Of a DNA stretch of 64,000 nucleotides, positions 8,912-18,800 are shown piece after piece. The translations under genes were made by a program, and so were the position numbers. The stretch spans positions 86,814-150,813 of the forward strand of contig JBEKBG010000001.1 in NCBI GenBank assembly GCA_050015515.1, in the 5' to 3' direction. The notes beneath the pieces are model-generated. The model was not told the origin of the DNA. It saw nothing but the letters and a program-made list of their open reading frames with translations, and ran no database searches. Position 1 is the stretch's first letter; every line of letters starts with the position of its first letter. This stretch comes from Minisyncoccia bacterium (lineage in GTDB: Bacteria > Patescibacteriota > Minisyncoccia > UBA6257 > 2-01-FULL-56-20).

Positions 8912-9724
8912 ATGAGTCTTCGCAGTACGATAAAAAAGCGCGTGGCGTTGCCGTGGCCGTTGCTCTATATATATCGCAAGGTGTATTATGCGCCAAAGGA
9001 TATTCCGGCGGCACTTGGTTTTATTTTTCATGGGACGAAATCGCCGACGAGCTTTGGCGCGCGCCTGGCGCTGGTATTAAAATTTTATAAAATTTCGTAT
9101 TACGTTGATTGTCCGCACACCGAACACGAGATGATTTCGATCACGCGGCAGATATTGGATCTGGGCGCACCGTCGGCGCCGGTGTCACCGGGCACGGGGA
9201 TGCCGGGCGCGATTGTGGAGGCCGGTTCGTTTCACGGCGGAAGCACGACGAAGTTGAGTTTGGTGGCAAAGTTGTGTGGTCGTTCACTCGAAGTGTTTGA
9301 TTCGTTCGAAGGCATGCCGGAAAATAACGAAGCGCACGGCAAGAGCATCTATGGTCGCGAACATCATTTTCCAAAAGGCAGTCATGCGGTGCCGTTCGAG
9401 GAGGTAAAGAACAACGTCGCGCGCTACGGCAACGCAACGCGCGTGCAATATCACAAAGGATTTTTCAGCGACACGATGCCGTCGTTCCACGAGCCGGTCG
9501 CCGCGGCGTGCGTGAACGTTGACCTCGTGCAATCCACGCGCGATTGCTTCCACTATCTCTATCCATTGCTCCCGCCGGGCGGCATCATCATCTCACAAGA
9601 CGCGCACTTCCCGTGGATCATTGAGCTGTTCAACAGTCCGGCGTTTTGGGAAAAAGAGATTGGTATTGAGAAGCCGGCGATGCCGGGGCTTGGCACGCTG
9701 AAGTTCGTGACGATAAGGAAATAA
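8912..9724 (+). CDS. TylF/MycF-family class I SAM-dependent O-methyltransferase
   Basis: AIVEAGSFHGGST and FDSFEGMP segments typical of macrocin-O-methyltransferase-like proteins. Confidence 0.6.
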   Translation: MSLRSTIKKRVALPWPLLYIYRKVYYAPKDIPAALGFIFHGTKSPTSFGARLALVLKFYKISYYVDCPHTEHEMISITRQILDLGAPSAPVSPGTGMPGAIVEAGSFHGGSTTKLSLVAKLCGRSLEVFDSFEGMPENNEAHGKSIYGREHHFPKGSHAVPFEEVKNNVARYGNATRVQYHKGFFSDTMPSFHEPVAAACVNVDLVQSTRDCFHYLYPLLPPGGIIISQDAHFPWIIELFNSPAFWEKEIGIEKPAMPGLGTLKFVTIRK

Positions 9725-9825
9725 GGAGGTCGCGGTGCGAATTCATTGACAATACCTTTTATTTGCTCAATGATGAGCGGAGCACGGATCACGGTCCGGC
9801 TGATAAAAATCTAAGGAGATCGATC

Positions 9826-10902
9826 ATGCAAAGCGCCGAACAAATGGAAATGATTGCCAGACAGCGGGGGTATGTTGATATGATGGAGAATCATTTCGCT
9901 TCGGTAGCACCGATCGAAAAGGTTCCCATCCCTCCAAGCATTTATTCCGCCGAATGGTTCAACGATTTTGGTTTGAGCCGCATCGTTAAGCCGCATGGAA
10001 TCATGGGATTCAAATTCCCCGGTTTCAGCGGCAAAGTGGTGGGGATGCTCGGCATTCTTCTGGGTCTTCAAGAAAAAGGGATCCTTACACCCGACACCAC
10101 GCTCGTTGCTCCTACTTCCGGAAACTTGGGCTTTGCCGGCGGACTTCTCGCCGGACCTCGTTCCCTCGTGAGGGCATTTAACGTCAAGGAGTTTATCGCC
10201 GTCGTTGAATCATCAGTGCCGGAGGCGAAACAGGCTCATCTTCGGATGTCGGGGGCAACCGTAAAGGTGGCGCCCGAAGGGATGACCGCGATTGCGTACG
10301 CCAAACAACTCGTCGCCGAACTGTCGAACGCTTACTTTGTCGACCAATACACCGACATCAACAATGTGTTGGCGCAACGGTGGATCGCCCAATCGATTCA
10401 AAGCGTTCAGGGATCAAAAGTGTCCGCGTTCGTTTGCGTGACGGGATCGATGGCGTCGTTCGTAGGCGCACACCGCTTCCTTCCTTCGCTCGTCGGGTCG
10501 CACGTCAAGATTCTTGGCGTCGCATCCATGCGGAATGAGGATGGCACTCCAGACAAGAAGCAGAAGGTTCCGGCGAGCCGCTCGCTGGCGGAGATCGTGG
10601 AGCCGGGATTCAATTACCGCGACATTCCCGGTTATCGGGACTATCCCATCATCGAGAACGTTTCGAAGCTTGAGGCGGCGATTGCAACGGATGAATATGT
10701 CCGGGCGTCCATATCGGCAGGCTTCACGAGCGGTCTTGCTTCGGCTGGATTTTACAAGCTCCTTGAAGCCAAGGCTAAGGGCGGCCGTTTGAGCGACTTG
10801 ATGAACGCGGACGGGGAGATTGTCCCTGATTTTCTCTTCATGGACATGTATCTTCCATACGCGACAGAGCTCGCGAAAATCATTTACGGGAGCCAGAGTT
10901 AG
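9826..10902 (+). CDS. Pyridoxal-phosphate-dependent enzyme (fold type II, TrpB/threonine dehydratase-like)
   Basis: PTSGNLGFAGGLLAG and CVTGSMASFVG glycine-rich loops; start at ATG with AAGGAG RBS (the track ORF begins at TTG 9763). Confidence 0.45.
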   Translation: MQSAEQMEMIARQRGYVDMMENHFASVAPIEKVPIPPSIYSAEWFNDFGLSRIVKPHGIMGFKFPGFSGKVVGMLGILLGLQEKGILTPDTTLVAPTSGNLGFAGGLLAGPRSLVRAFNVKEFIAVVESSVPEAKQAHLRMSGATVKVAPEGMTAIAYAKQLVAELSNAYFVDQYTDINNVLAQRWIAQSIQSVQGSKVSAFVCVTGSMASFVGAHRFLPSLVGSHVKILGVASMRNEDGTPDKKQKVPASRSLAEIVEPGFNYRDIPGYRDYPIIENVSKLEAAIATDEYVRASISAGFTSGLASAGFYKLLEAKAKGGRLSDLMNADGEIVPDFLFMDMYLPYATELAKIIYGSQS

Positions 10903-10915
10903 AATTTTGTTATCT

Positions 10916-10950
10916 GCCGTCGCGCAGTTTCATGCGCGGCGGCTTTTTCT
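10916..10950 (+). terminator. Rho-independent terminator
   Basis: GCCGTCGCGC-gtttcat-GCGCGGCGGC followed by TTTTTCT. Confidence 0.5.
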
Positions 10951-11003
10951 TATCAAGGCTACTTATTAGCATTTTCGTGGAAAACAGGTAGAATAAATGG
11001 ACT

Positions 11004-11750
11004 ATGAAAAATAACACCGGCCAGGCAAACAAAGCGACGATATGGTTCATCGTCGGGTTCATCGTGGTCGTCACGGCGGGCGCGATTATCGCGGGTGCGT
11101 ATTCGAGCGGGACGGCATCGTCTTCGAATTCAAACACGGCAAGCAGCACCTTCGTTGCGACGATCGCGCCGGCCATCACGGCGACCGATTGGACGGAAGG
11201 CAACCCGAACGCGAAAGTCTCGCTCATCGAGTATGGCGACTTCGAGTGTCCGGCGTGCGGTGAATATTTCCCGATCGTGGAACAGCTGGTGCAGAATTAC
11301 AGCAGTACGGTGCAGTTCGTATTTCGCAACTTCCCGCTCTATACCATCCATCCGTTCGCGGGGATCAGCGCGCAGGCGGCGGAAGCGGCGGGGCTTGAAG
11401 GCGGCGTGGCGAAATATTGGGCGATGAACGGTCTTTTATATACGAAGCAAAGCGAGTGGTCGTTGAATAGCGCGCTTACGCCCCAGCAGGTGCTCTCCCA
11501 GTATCTTGACGGGTACGCGCAATCGCTCGGCCTCGACGTGAATACATTCAACAACGACATCAACGCGACGTCGGTGATGCAAAAAATCCAAACCGATGTG
11601 AGTGGCGGCACCACCGCACAGATCGACCACACACCGACGTTCTTCGTGAACCTCAAACAGATCCCGAACCCTACGAGCCTTCAAGATTTTGAAAATACTT
11701 TGAACGCGGCAATAGCATCATCGTCCGCATCTTCTTCCTTAGCTCACTAA
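11004..11750 (+). CDS. DsbA family thiol:disulfide oxidoreductase, membrane-anchored
   Basis: N-terminal TM helix; thioredoxin fold with CPAC active site; Ser/Thr-rich linker. Confidence 0.7.
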   Translation: MKNNTGQANKATIWFIVGFIVVVTAGAIIAGAYSSGTASSSNSNTASSTFVATIAPAITATDWTEGNPNAKVSLIEYGDFECPACGEYFPIVEQLVQNYSSTVQFVFRNFPLYTIHPFAGISAQAAEAAGLEGGVAKYWAMNGLLYTKQSEWSLNSALTPQQVLSQYLDGYAQSLGLDVNTFNNDINATSVMQKIQTDVSGGTTAQIDHTPTFFVNLKQIPNPTSLQDFENTLNAAIASSSASSSLAH

Positions 11751-11780
11751 AATAAGTGTGGTACAAGAGGATATCTGGCG

Positions 11781-11845
11781 GGCGAATAAACAGAGGTTCC
11801 GCCGACTGTTAATCTTTAAGGAGGCGGGACCTCTGTTTATTCGCC
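11781..11845. terminator. Bidirectional hairpin terminator between convergent dsbA-like and smpB
   Basis: 23-bp imperfect inverted repeat (one U-G wobble) with 19-nt loop; right arm overlaps the smpB stop. Confidence 0.45.
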
Positions 11846-12286
11846 TCCGCGCATTTCCCTCTGATGTGTCCGCTTTTTGATGGCCTCACGCTTATCGGAT
11901 TTTTTGCGCGTGTGGCCGAGGCCGAGCTCGAGTTTTATCAAACCATGTTTCAAATACGCGCGGAGCGGAATGACGTGTCGGGACTTATCGATGAGTGCGC
12001 CCTGCAATTCTTTTATTTCGTCTTTTGAAAGTAGCAGCCGGCGCGCACGGTCCTCTTCGTAATCCGGCGGCGTGTTGCCCGCCTGATACGGCGGAATGTG
12101 CGAGTTGACGAGCCACGCCTCGCCGCCGCGGATGAGCACGTGCGCGCCGGCAACCTGAAGCCGGCCGCCTTTCACGCTTTTTACTTCGTGCCCCTTGAGC
12201 TCGATCCCTGCTTCGTATTTTTGCAGGATCTCGTAGTCAAAGCGCGCCCGGCGATTTTCCGCAATGGTGTTCGTCGACGTGTCCAT
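11837..12286 (-). CDS. smpB: SsrA-binding protein SmpB
   Basis: RRARFDYEIL...ELKGHEVKS...HIPPY motifs. Confidence 0.9.
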   Translation of the reverse strand: MDTSTNTIAENRRARFDYEILQKYEAGIELKGHEVKSVKGGRLQVAGAHVLIRGGEAWLVNSHIPPYQAGNTPPDYEEDRARRLLLSKDEIKELQGALIDKSRHVIPLRAYLKHGLIKLELGLGHTRKKSDKREAIKKRTHQREMRGGE

Positions 12287-12557
12287 GACTTCATTTTACA
12301 TTAGTTGTGATAAAAGTGATCAAAAAAGAAATAGCCCCGGCGAAATTGCGCGGGGCCCCGGCGGCGTATACAATGTACTATGAAGAGCAAAAATTGGCGA
12401 GCGGCGAAGTTCGGGATGGTGGCGAACTCTTGGAACGTGGCTGTTAGCCACGAGGGTCACCACTGCCCAAGGAAGGGATCAGGAATCCCGCGGGCCGGAG
12501 GGTCCAGAATCTTCACCGCTCTTTCTGTATTATATCATATATTTATCCATTCCGTCA

Positions 12558-14273
12558 ATGGCCACAGAGATTACCGACATACTAAAAAAGATCTTCGGTG
12601 CGGATGCACCGATCGAGCTCTCCGTTCCCGACGAGGAGCTTTTTGGACACTATTCGACGAATTTTGCGTTGCGCGCGGCAAAGGGCAACGGCGTCCCGCC
12701 GCTCGACCTCGCCAAAGAGTACGCCGCACAGATCGCCGCCGCCGCGCCGGCAGGATTCTTTCAAAAAGTGGAGGCCGCTGCGCCGGGGTTCATTAATTTT
12801 TGGCTGAGTGACAAGACATTGCAGGATGAGTTCAAGCGTATCGCGGCTGATAAAAAATATGGCGAGGGAAACATCGGGAGGGGAAAGACGGTGATCGTGG
12901 AATATTCCCAGCCGAACATCGCGAAGAAGATGCACGTCGGCCACATGCGCACCACGATCATCGGCGCCGCGCTCGCGAACATTTTAGAGCAGTCCGGCTA
13001 CCGCGTGGTGCGGTGGAACTATCTGGGCGATTGGGGCACGCAGTTTGGCAAGCTCATCGCCGCGTATAAAATGTGGGGGAATAAAGCGGCCGTCGAAAAA
13101 GATCCCATCGAGGAACTGCAAAAACTGTACGTGCGGTTTCACGCGGAGATGAAGTCCGATCCGGCGCTCGAAAAACGCGGGCAGGAGGAATTCAAAAAAC
13201 TGGAAGACGGCGATCGGGAGAACCGGAATCTGTGGGAGTGGTTCAAAAAAGAATCGCTCAAGGAGTTTAAAAAGATGTACCGCACCCTGGACGTCGATTT
13301 TGATGTGTGGATCGGCGAAGCGTTCTTTGAGCGCGAGATGAAGGCGACGGTCAAGGAGCTGATGGACGCGCGCATCGCGGAGCGAAGCGACGGCGCGGTG
13401 GTGGTCAAGCTTGACGACGTTGGATTGCCGCCCGCGCTTATCCAAAAAACGGACGGTGCGAGCCTGTACCTTACGCGCGATATTGCGAATCTTCGCTATC
13501 GTTTGAAAAAATATAAGCCGGCGAAAATCTTATATGTGGTGGGCAATGAGCAGGCGCTCGCGTTCGATCAGCTTTTCGCGGTGGCAAAAAAACTCGGGTG
13601 GGACGCCGGGGGCATTGAATTGAAGCATATAAAATATGGGCTTGTTCTGGGGAATGGCGGCAAGAAACTTTCCACGCGCGAAGGCACTGCCCAACTTTTG
13701 GAAGGCGTCATTGACGAGGCGATGGCTCGCGCGCGCGGGGTTATCGACGCAAAAAATCCTGATCTTGCGCCGAAGGAAAAAGATGTGATCGCGGCGGCGG
13801 TCGCGCTCGGCGCCCTGCGCTACAACGACCTCAAGGAAAATCGTACCACGGATATTATTTTCGATTGGGGAAAGATGTTGGATTTTTCCGGCGACAGCGG
13901 GCCGTATCTACAGTACACCTACGCGCGGCTGAAGAGTATTCTGCGCAAATCCAAAGTTCCCAGCGCCAAGCTTCGGCCGGGTGCCGTCGATGTTTCAAAG
14001 CTCGAGCGCACCACCGAGCTCGCGCTCATGCGCAAGCTGTTCGAGTTCCCTGACGTCGTCGTGCGCGCAGGCGAATTGTATTCCACGAGTACACTCGCGG
14101 TCTACCTCTACAAGCTTGCGGTGGCGGCGAACAAGTTCTACGAGACGACGCCGATCTTGAAGGACGACGACACCGCGCGGCGAAACGCGCGCCTGCTCCT
14201 CGCCGCCACCGCGGCGCGGGTATTAGAAAAGGGGCTGGGATTGCTCGGCATCAAAACACTTGAAAAGATTTAA
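12558..14273 (+). CDS. argS: Arginine--tRNA ligase
   Basis: Class I aaRS; HVGHMRTT (HIGH) motif; DALR anticodon-binding C-terminus. Confidence 0.9.
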   Translation: MATEITDILKKIFGADAPIELSVPDEELFGHYSTNFALRAAKGNGVPPLDLAKEYAAQIAAAAPAGFFQKVEAAAPGFINFWLSDKTLQDEFKRIAADKKYGEGNIGRGKTVIVEYSQPNIAKKMHVGHMRTTIIGAALANILEQSGYRVVRWNYLGDWGTQFGKLIAAYKMWGNKAAVEKDPIEELQKLYVRFHAEMKSDPALEKRGQEEFKKLEDGDRENRNLWEWFKKESLKEFKKMYRTLDVDFDVWIGEAFFEREMKATVKELMDARIAERSDGAVVVKLDDVGLPPALIQKTDGASLYLTRDIANLRYRLKKYKPAKILYVVGNEQALAFDQLFAVAKKLGWDAGGIELKHIKYGLVLGNGGKKLSTREGTAQLLEGVIDEAMARARGVIDAKNPDLAPKEKDVIAAAVALGALRYNDLKENRTTDIIFDWGKMLDFSGDSGPYLQYTYARLKSILRKSKVPSAKLRPGAVDVSKLERTTELALMRKLFEFPDVVVRAGELYSTSTLAVYLYKLAVAANKFYETTPILKDDDTARRNARLLLAATAARVLEKGLGLLGIKTLEKI

Positions 14274-14318
14274 CGGATTGTATAGGATGGTGTTGGTTGG
14301 ACAAGAAAGGAACGGTTT

Positions 14319-14657
14319 ATGACCGGTGTGGGAAGAAAGGTCTTTGGCGAAAGGACGCCCGTGAGGATCATTTTTGAAGGAGCCCCGGAGGAGAAGCGCA
14401 ACGGTGGCTTTTATGTGGTGGATGACTTTCTCCTGCCGGCGAAGATGGTGAAGAAGCTTTTTGTGCCGGGAGGATTCATCCTGACGCCGGATTGTTCCGT
14501 CGCGGAGAACTCAGTCCTAAACGAAAAGAATGAAGAGTGTGTGATGATCAAGGGTGGCGACCCTCGGCATGGCGCCGCGACGGAAGCGCTGATTCCCCGT
14601 CGCCTTTTGTATAAAGTGGTGGAGCCTCCACGCGAGGCTTATCCGCAGAAGTGGTAG
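14319..14657 (+). CDS. hypothetical protein
   Basis: 112-aa ORF with AAGGAA RBS; no recognisable domain. Confidence 0.35.
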   Translation: MTGVGRKVFGERTPVRIIFEGAPEEKRNGGFYVVDDFLLPAKMVKKLFVPGGFILTPDCSVAENSVLNEKNEECVMIKGGDPRHGAATEALIPRRLLYKVVEPPREAYPQKW

Positions 14658-14759
14658 CAACTAATCCCGCGGGGCGCAATGCGTTCCATGGGATTTTTCT
14701 TTGAAAATCCGCTAAAACCTGCTATTTTAATAGGAATGGCTGATAAAACTCCACATCAT

Positions 14760-17700
14760 ATGCCGCATTTTCTGGAAGGCGAGATCAAACTTCCCGAGAT
14801 GGAGGAAAAAGTGCTCGCGTTTTGGGACGAGCATAAAACGTTTGAAAAAAGTTTAGAGCAGACCGCCGACGGCAAACCGTTCACTTTTTATGACGGGCCG
14901 CCGTTCGCGACGGGACTTCCGCATTATGGGCACTTACTCGCGTCCACCATTAAAGACGTCATCCCGCGCTATCAGACGATGAATGGCCGCTTCGTGCGCC
15001 GCCGGTGGGGATGGGATTGCCACGGGCTGCCGATCGAAGAGGTCGTCGAGCGCACGCTCGGCATCTCCGGGAAAAAACAGATCGAGGAGATCGGCGTGAA
15101 GACGTTCAACGAGACGTGCCGGAACATGGTCCTGCAGTATGTTTCCGAATGGCGACAGATGATCCGCCGCATCGCGCGCTGGGTGGATTTCGATGATTCG
15201 TACAAGACGCTCGACACCGATTTTATGGAATCGGTGTGGTGGGGCTTCAAGCAGATGTACGATAAGGACCTGATCTACGAAGGTCGCAAAGTGTTGCTCT
15301 ATTGCCCGCGCTGCGAGACGCCGCTCTCCAACTTCGAGGTGGCGATGGATAACAGCTATAAGGATGTGACGGAGGAGTCGGTGACGGTGAGGTTCCACCT
15401 GAGGGCCGGCCAAAAATTTGGCGGGAAATATGAGACGAAAAATACCGCGTACATTCTCGCGTGGACGACCACACCGTGGACGTTGCCTGGAAATGTCGCG
15501 CTGGCGGTTGGGGAGCATATTTCCTATACCTCGCTTCGCATCAAAGGCGCCGAAGGGTTATATATCGTCGCAAGTGAGCTGATAAAAAAAGTTTTTGGAG
15601 ATCAGGAGATTGAGATTGTGCATGATGATATGAAAGGAGCTGATCTTGTCGGCCTCGAATACGAGTCGTTATTTGATGTCCCTGCGATGCAATCAAAGAA
15701 GTCCTACAAAGTATATCCCGCCGATTTCGTCACCACCGAGGATGGCACCGGCATCGTCCATACTGCCGTCGTCTACGGCGAAGACGACTATGCGCTCGGC
15801 GTGAAGGTCGGCCTGCCTGTGGTGCCGATGCTCGACGATCGTGGCTTGTTCAACGATAAAGCTCCAGAATTTTTGCGCGGACAATATTTTAAAAAAGGCG
15901 ACAAACTGGTGATCGAGGATTTAGAAAATCGCAAACCGGAAAGTCTGCTTTTCAAGAAAGAAAAATATACGCACTCATATCCGCATTGCTGGCGGTGCGG
16001 CACTGCGCTCTTCTATAACGCCATCCCGGCGTGGTTCGTGAACATCCAAAAGATAAAGCCAGGGTTGCTCAAAACGAATCAGGAAGAGATGAACTGGTTC
16101 CCGGAACATCTTAAGAATGGGCGCTACGCGAAAAGCGTAGAGGCGGCGCCGGACTGGAACATTTCGCGCAATCGCTATTGGGGCAATCCGGTGCCGGTGT
16201 GGAAGTGCGCCGGATGCGATAACGTGGAGGCGGTGGGTAGCATGGAAGAACTTTCCCAAAAGGCGGGAGGTGCCAAAAATAATTATTGGGTGATGCGCCA
16301 CGGCGAGGCGGAGAGCAATATGTTCGACATCATCGATTCCGGCCAGCGGAAATATCTGCATTTGACGCCGCGCGGGAAGGAACAGGCGCTTGCTTCTGCG
16401 GAAAAATTCAAGAAGGAGCTCGCGAAAGAGCATAAAAAGATCGACCTCATTATCGTATCGGACATCACGCGCACGATGGATACGGAGCATATCGTGGCGA
16501 CGGTCTTGGGGGGGGAGAGGGAGCTCGTGGATAAGCGATTGGAGGAGATCCATCTCGGGCCGACATTCACCGGCTATCGTGATGAAAAATATCTGGAAAT
16601 GTATCCTACCTATGAGGCACGTTTCGAGAAGCGGCCGGAAGGCGGGGAGTCGTTGCGCGATGTTCGCGCGCGAATGTGGGGATTTTTAAAAGACTGCGAG
16701 GAAAAATACGAAGGAAAGAACATTCTTCTCATCTCGCACGAATATCCGATCTGGATGATGACCCATGTTGCGGAGGCGTGGAGTGAAAAACACGCGATCG
16801 AGGAAGAGGAAAAATGCGAGGGGAGATTCATCAATTTTGCGGAGGTTCGGAAATTGGATTTCAAGGCGGTGCCGCGGAACGACACTGGCGAGGCGGATCT
16901 CCACCGACCGTACATCGACGACATCACCTTCCCGTGCGCAAAGTGCGGCGGCGTGATGAAGCGCACGCCGGAGATCTTCGATTCGTGGATCGAAGCGGGC
17001 TCAATGCCGTTCGCGGAATATCACTATCCGTTCGAGAACAAGGAGGAATTCAAGAAACATTTTCCTGCGCAATTCGTGGCGGAGTATATCGCGCAGACGC
17101 GTGCGTGGTTCTATCTATCGCACGTTGTGTCGTACATTTTGTTCGGGCACGCGCCGTTCGAGAACGTGGTGACGACGGGAACGATCCTCGCGGAGGATGG
17201 TTCCAAGATGAGCAAGTCGAAGAATAATTTTCCCGATCCGAAATTGCTCATCGATAAATTCGGTGCGGATAGCCTGCGGTTCTATTTGATGAACTCCGTC
17301 GTGATGCAGGCGGACAATTTGAACTTTTCCGAGAAGGGCGTTGAAAGCGTGTATCGCAAAGTGGGATTGTTGCTGACGAACGTCTATAAATACTTTGCCA
17401 CGTATCGTGGGGAAGTTTTGGGCGAGCCGAGCACAGCTGCCGGTGATGAAAAGATTTCCGGAGACGAGAACATTCTCGACCAGTGGATCACGGCGCGGAC
17501 GGAAGAGCTCGTGGACGTCGCAACGCGCTCGCTCGATACATACGACACTGTTCACGCCACGCGTGCGATCCAGGAATATGTCGACGATCTCTCGACGTGG
17601 TACTTGCGCCGTTCGCGCAAACGCAAGGACGCAGGATTTTTCAAAACCATGCAGGCGTCGCTTTTGACCACAAGCCGCGTACTTGCGCCGTTCATGCCAT

Positions 17701-18299
17701 TCCTCGCGGAAGCGATCTATCTGGAGCTTGCCCCCGCGGATGGTGCCGGTTCGGTGCACTTGGAGGCGTGGCCGAAGACGGAATTTTCGCTATCGGAGGG
17801 AGATAGGAAAAAAATGATGGAAAGCATGAAGGAGGTGCGGGGTTTAGCGAGTCTAGGTCTCGCGCTTCGCGCGGCGACAAAAATAAAAGTTCGCCAGCCG
17901 CTTGCGTCTATGAAGATAGGAGTAAATATTGGAGAAGAATTCAAAAAGATCCTTGCCGAGGAGGTGAACGTGAAAAAGATTATTTACGAAGCGGGGAGAG
18001 AGGATGTTGTGCTCGACACAGAGATCACTGCCGCCCTGCGCGAGGAGGGTCTGCTTCGCGAGGTGGCGCGCATGTTTCAAGAGTTGCGGCAGAAAGCTGG
18101 GCTTGAGCCGAAAGATAAGATCGTGGCGATGATGGAACTGCCTGCGGGTGCAAAGAGCGCGATTGAAAATAACGAAGCTGTTTTCAAAGCTGACATCGGT
18201 GCGACGGCGGTGGAATATGCCCGCAGCGATAAATTTACCGCCGAGGAAATAACAAAGCTCGAAGGTCAGGAGGTCTGGGTGGCGATACGGAAAAATTAG
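14760..18299 (+). CDS. ileS: Isoleucine--tRNA ligase (type 2-like) carrying an inserted histidine-phosphatase (phosphoglycerate-mutase-like) domain
   Basis: PFATGLPHYGH (HIGH), KMSKS, CP1 editing domain, CxxC zinc knuckles. N-terminus MPHFLEGEIKLPEMEEKVLAFW parallels Thermus IleS; alternative in-frame starts at 14679 and 14736. A roughly 200-aa RHGEAESN-containing insert sits at about 16263..16889. Confidence 0.85.
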   Translation: MPHFLEGEIKLPEMEEKVLAFWDEHKTFEKSLEQTADGKPFTFYDGPPFATGLPHYGHLLASTIKDVIPRYQTMNGRFVRRRWGWDCHGLPIEEVVERTLGISGKKQIEEIGVKTFNETCRNMVLQYVSEWRQMIRRIARWVDFDDSYKTLDTDFMESVWWGFKQMYDKDLIYEGRKVLLYCPRCETPLSNFEVAMDNSYKDVTEESVTVRFHLRAGQKFGGKYETKNTAYILAWTTTPWTLPGNVALAVGEHISYTSLRIKGAEGLYIVASELIKKVFGDQEIEIVHDDMKGADLVGLEYESLFDVPAMQSKKSYKVYPADFVTTEDGTGIVHTAVVYGEDDYALGVKVGLPVVPMLDDRGLFNDKAPEFLRGQYFKKGDKLVIEDLENRKPESLLFKKEKYTHSYPHCWRCGTALFYNAIPAWFVNIQKIKPGLLKTNQEEMNWFPEHLKNGRYAKSVEAAPDWNISRNRYWGNPVPVWKCAGCDNVEAVGSMEELSQKAGGAKNNYWVMRHGEAESNMFDIIDSGQRKYLHLTPRGKEQALASAEKFKKELAKEHKKIDLIIVSDITRTMDTEHIVATVLGGERELVDKRLEEIHLGPTFTGYRDEKYLEMYPTYEARFEKRPEGGESLRDVRARMWGFLKDCEEKYEGKNILLISHEYPIWMMTHVAEAWSEKHAIEEEEKCEGRFINFAEVRKLDFKAVPRNDTGEADLHRPYIDDITFPCAKCGGVMKRTPEIFDSWIEAGSMPFAEYHYPFENKEEFKKHFPAQFVAEYIAQTRAWFYLSHVVSYILFGHAPFENVVTTGTILAEDGSKMSKSKNNFPDPKLLIDKFGADSLRFYLMNSVVMQADNLNFSEKGVESVYRKVGLLLTNVYKYFATYRGEVLGEPSTAAGDEKISGDENILDQWITARTEELVDVATRSLDTYDTVHATRAIQEYVDDLSTWYLRRSRKRKDAGFFKTMQASLLTTSRVLAPFMPFLAEAIYLELAPADGAGSVHLEAWPKTEFSLSEGDRKKMMESMKEVRGLASLGLALRAATKIKVRQPLASMKIGVNIGEEFKKILAEEVNVKKIIYEAGREDVVLDTEITAALREEGLLREVARMFQELRQKAGLEPKDKIVAMMELPAGAKSAIENNEAVFKADIGATAVEYARSDKFTAEEITKLEGQEVWVAIRKN

Positions 18300-18302
18300 C
18301 CG

Positions 18303-18704
18303 TTATTCTTCATCGCTCTCCGCTATAAATCCGGCACGCATCTCGAGGCGCGTCACTCGTCCGTTGAAGCGATCGATGACCTTATGAATGCCGCGCATTT
18401 CGCCATGGAACGCGTCGGCGTCTTTTTGTATCTGATGTGTTATAAATTCGATCCGGGCCGTCCTTTCTTTAACCTCCTGCATATCTATCTTGATCCCACC
18501 AACGTGGTATTCTAATGACCCCACCCGTTTTTCGAGCATATCAAATCGCGAATCGAATTTTGCCTCGAGAGAATCAAATTTTCCGTCGAACCTCGCATCA
18601 AGCGAATTGAACTTCGCATCAATCTTATTGATCCGTTCGGTAAGAACGGCCGCAATGCGGTTGATGTTATCTATGACGTCTTGGAGCGTGATTCTCTTTT
18701 CCAT
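18303..18704 (-). CDS. hypothetical coiled-coil protein with tandem (A/G/S)(K/R)FDS(L/M)(D/E) repeats
   Basis: AKFNSLDARFDGKFDSLEAKFDSRFDMLEKR repeats; start at MEKRITL with GGGAG RBS. Confidence 0.45.
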   Translation of the reverse strand: MEKRITLQDVIDNINRIAAVLTERINKIDAKFNSLDARFDGKFDSLEAKFDSRFDMLEKRVGSLEYHVGGIKIDMQEVKERTARIEFITHQIQKDADAFHGEMRGIHKVIDRFNGRVTRLEMRAGFIAESDEE

Positions 18705-18800
18705 GCTCCCAATTGTAGCGGTTGCGTAAAGCATTGCAAAAATTTTTTAATAAAAGTTTAATGATTGGATGCGAACATAGGTAGATGCGTGCGGCAAGGT

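Noticed and set aside
12399-12521. T-box riboswitch leader for argS
   Set aside because: GGGATGGTGGCG only loosely resembles the T-box consensus (AGGGUGGNACCGCG), and no specifier loop or GA motif could be identified.
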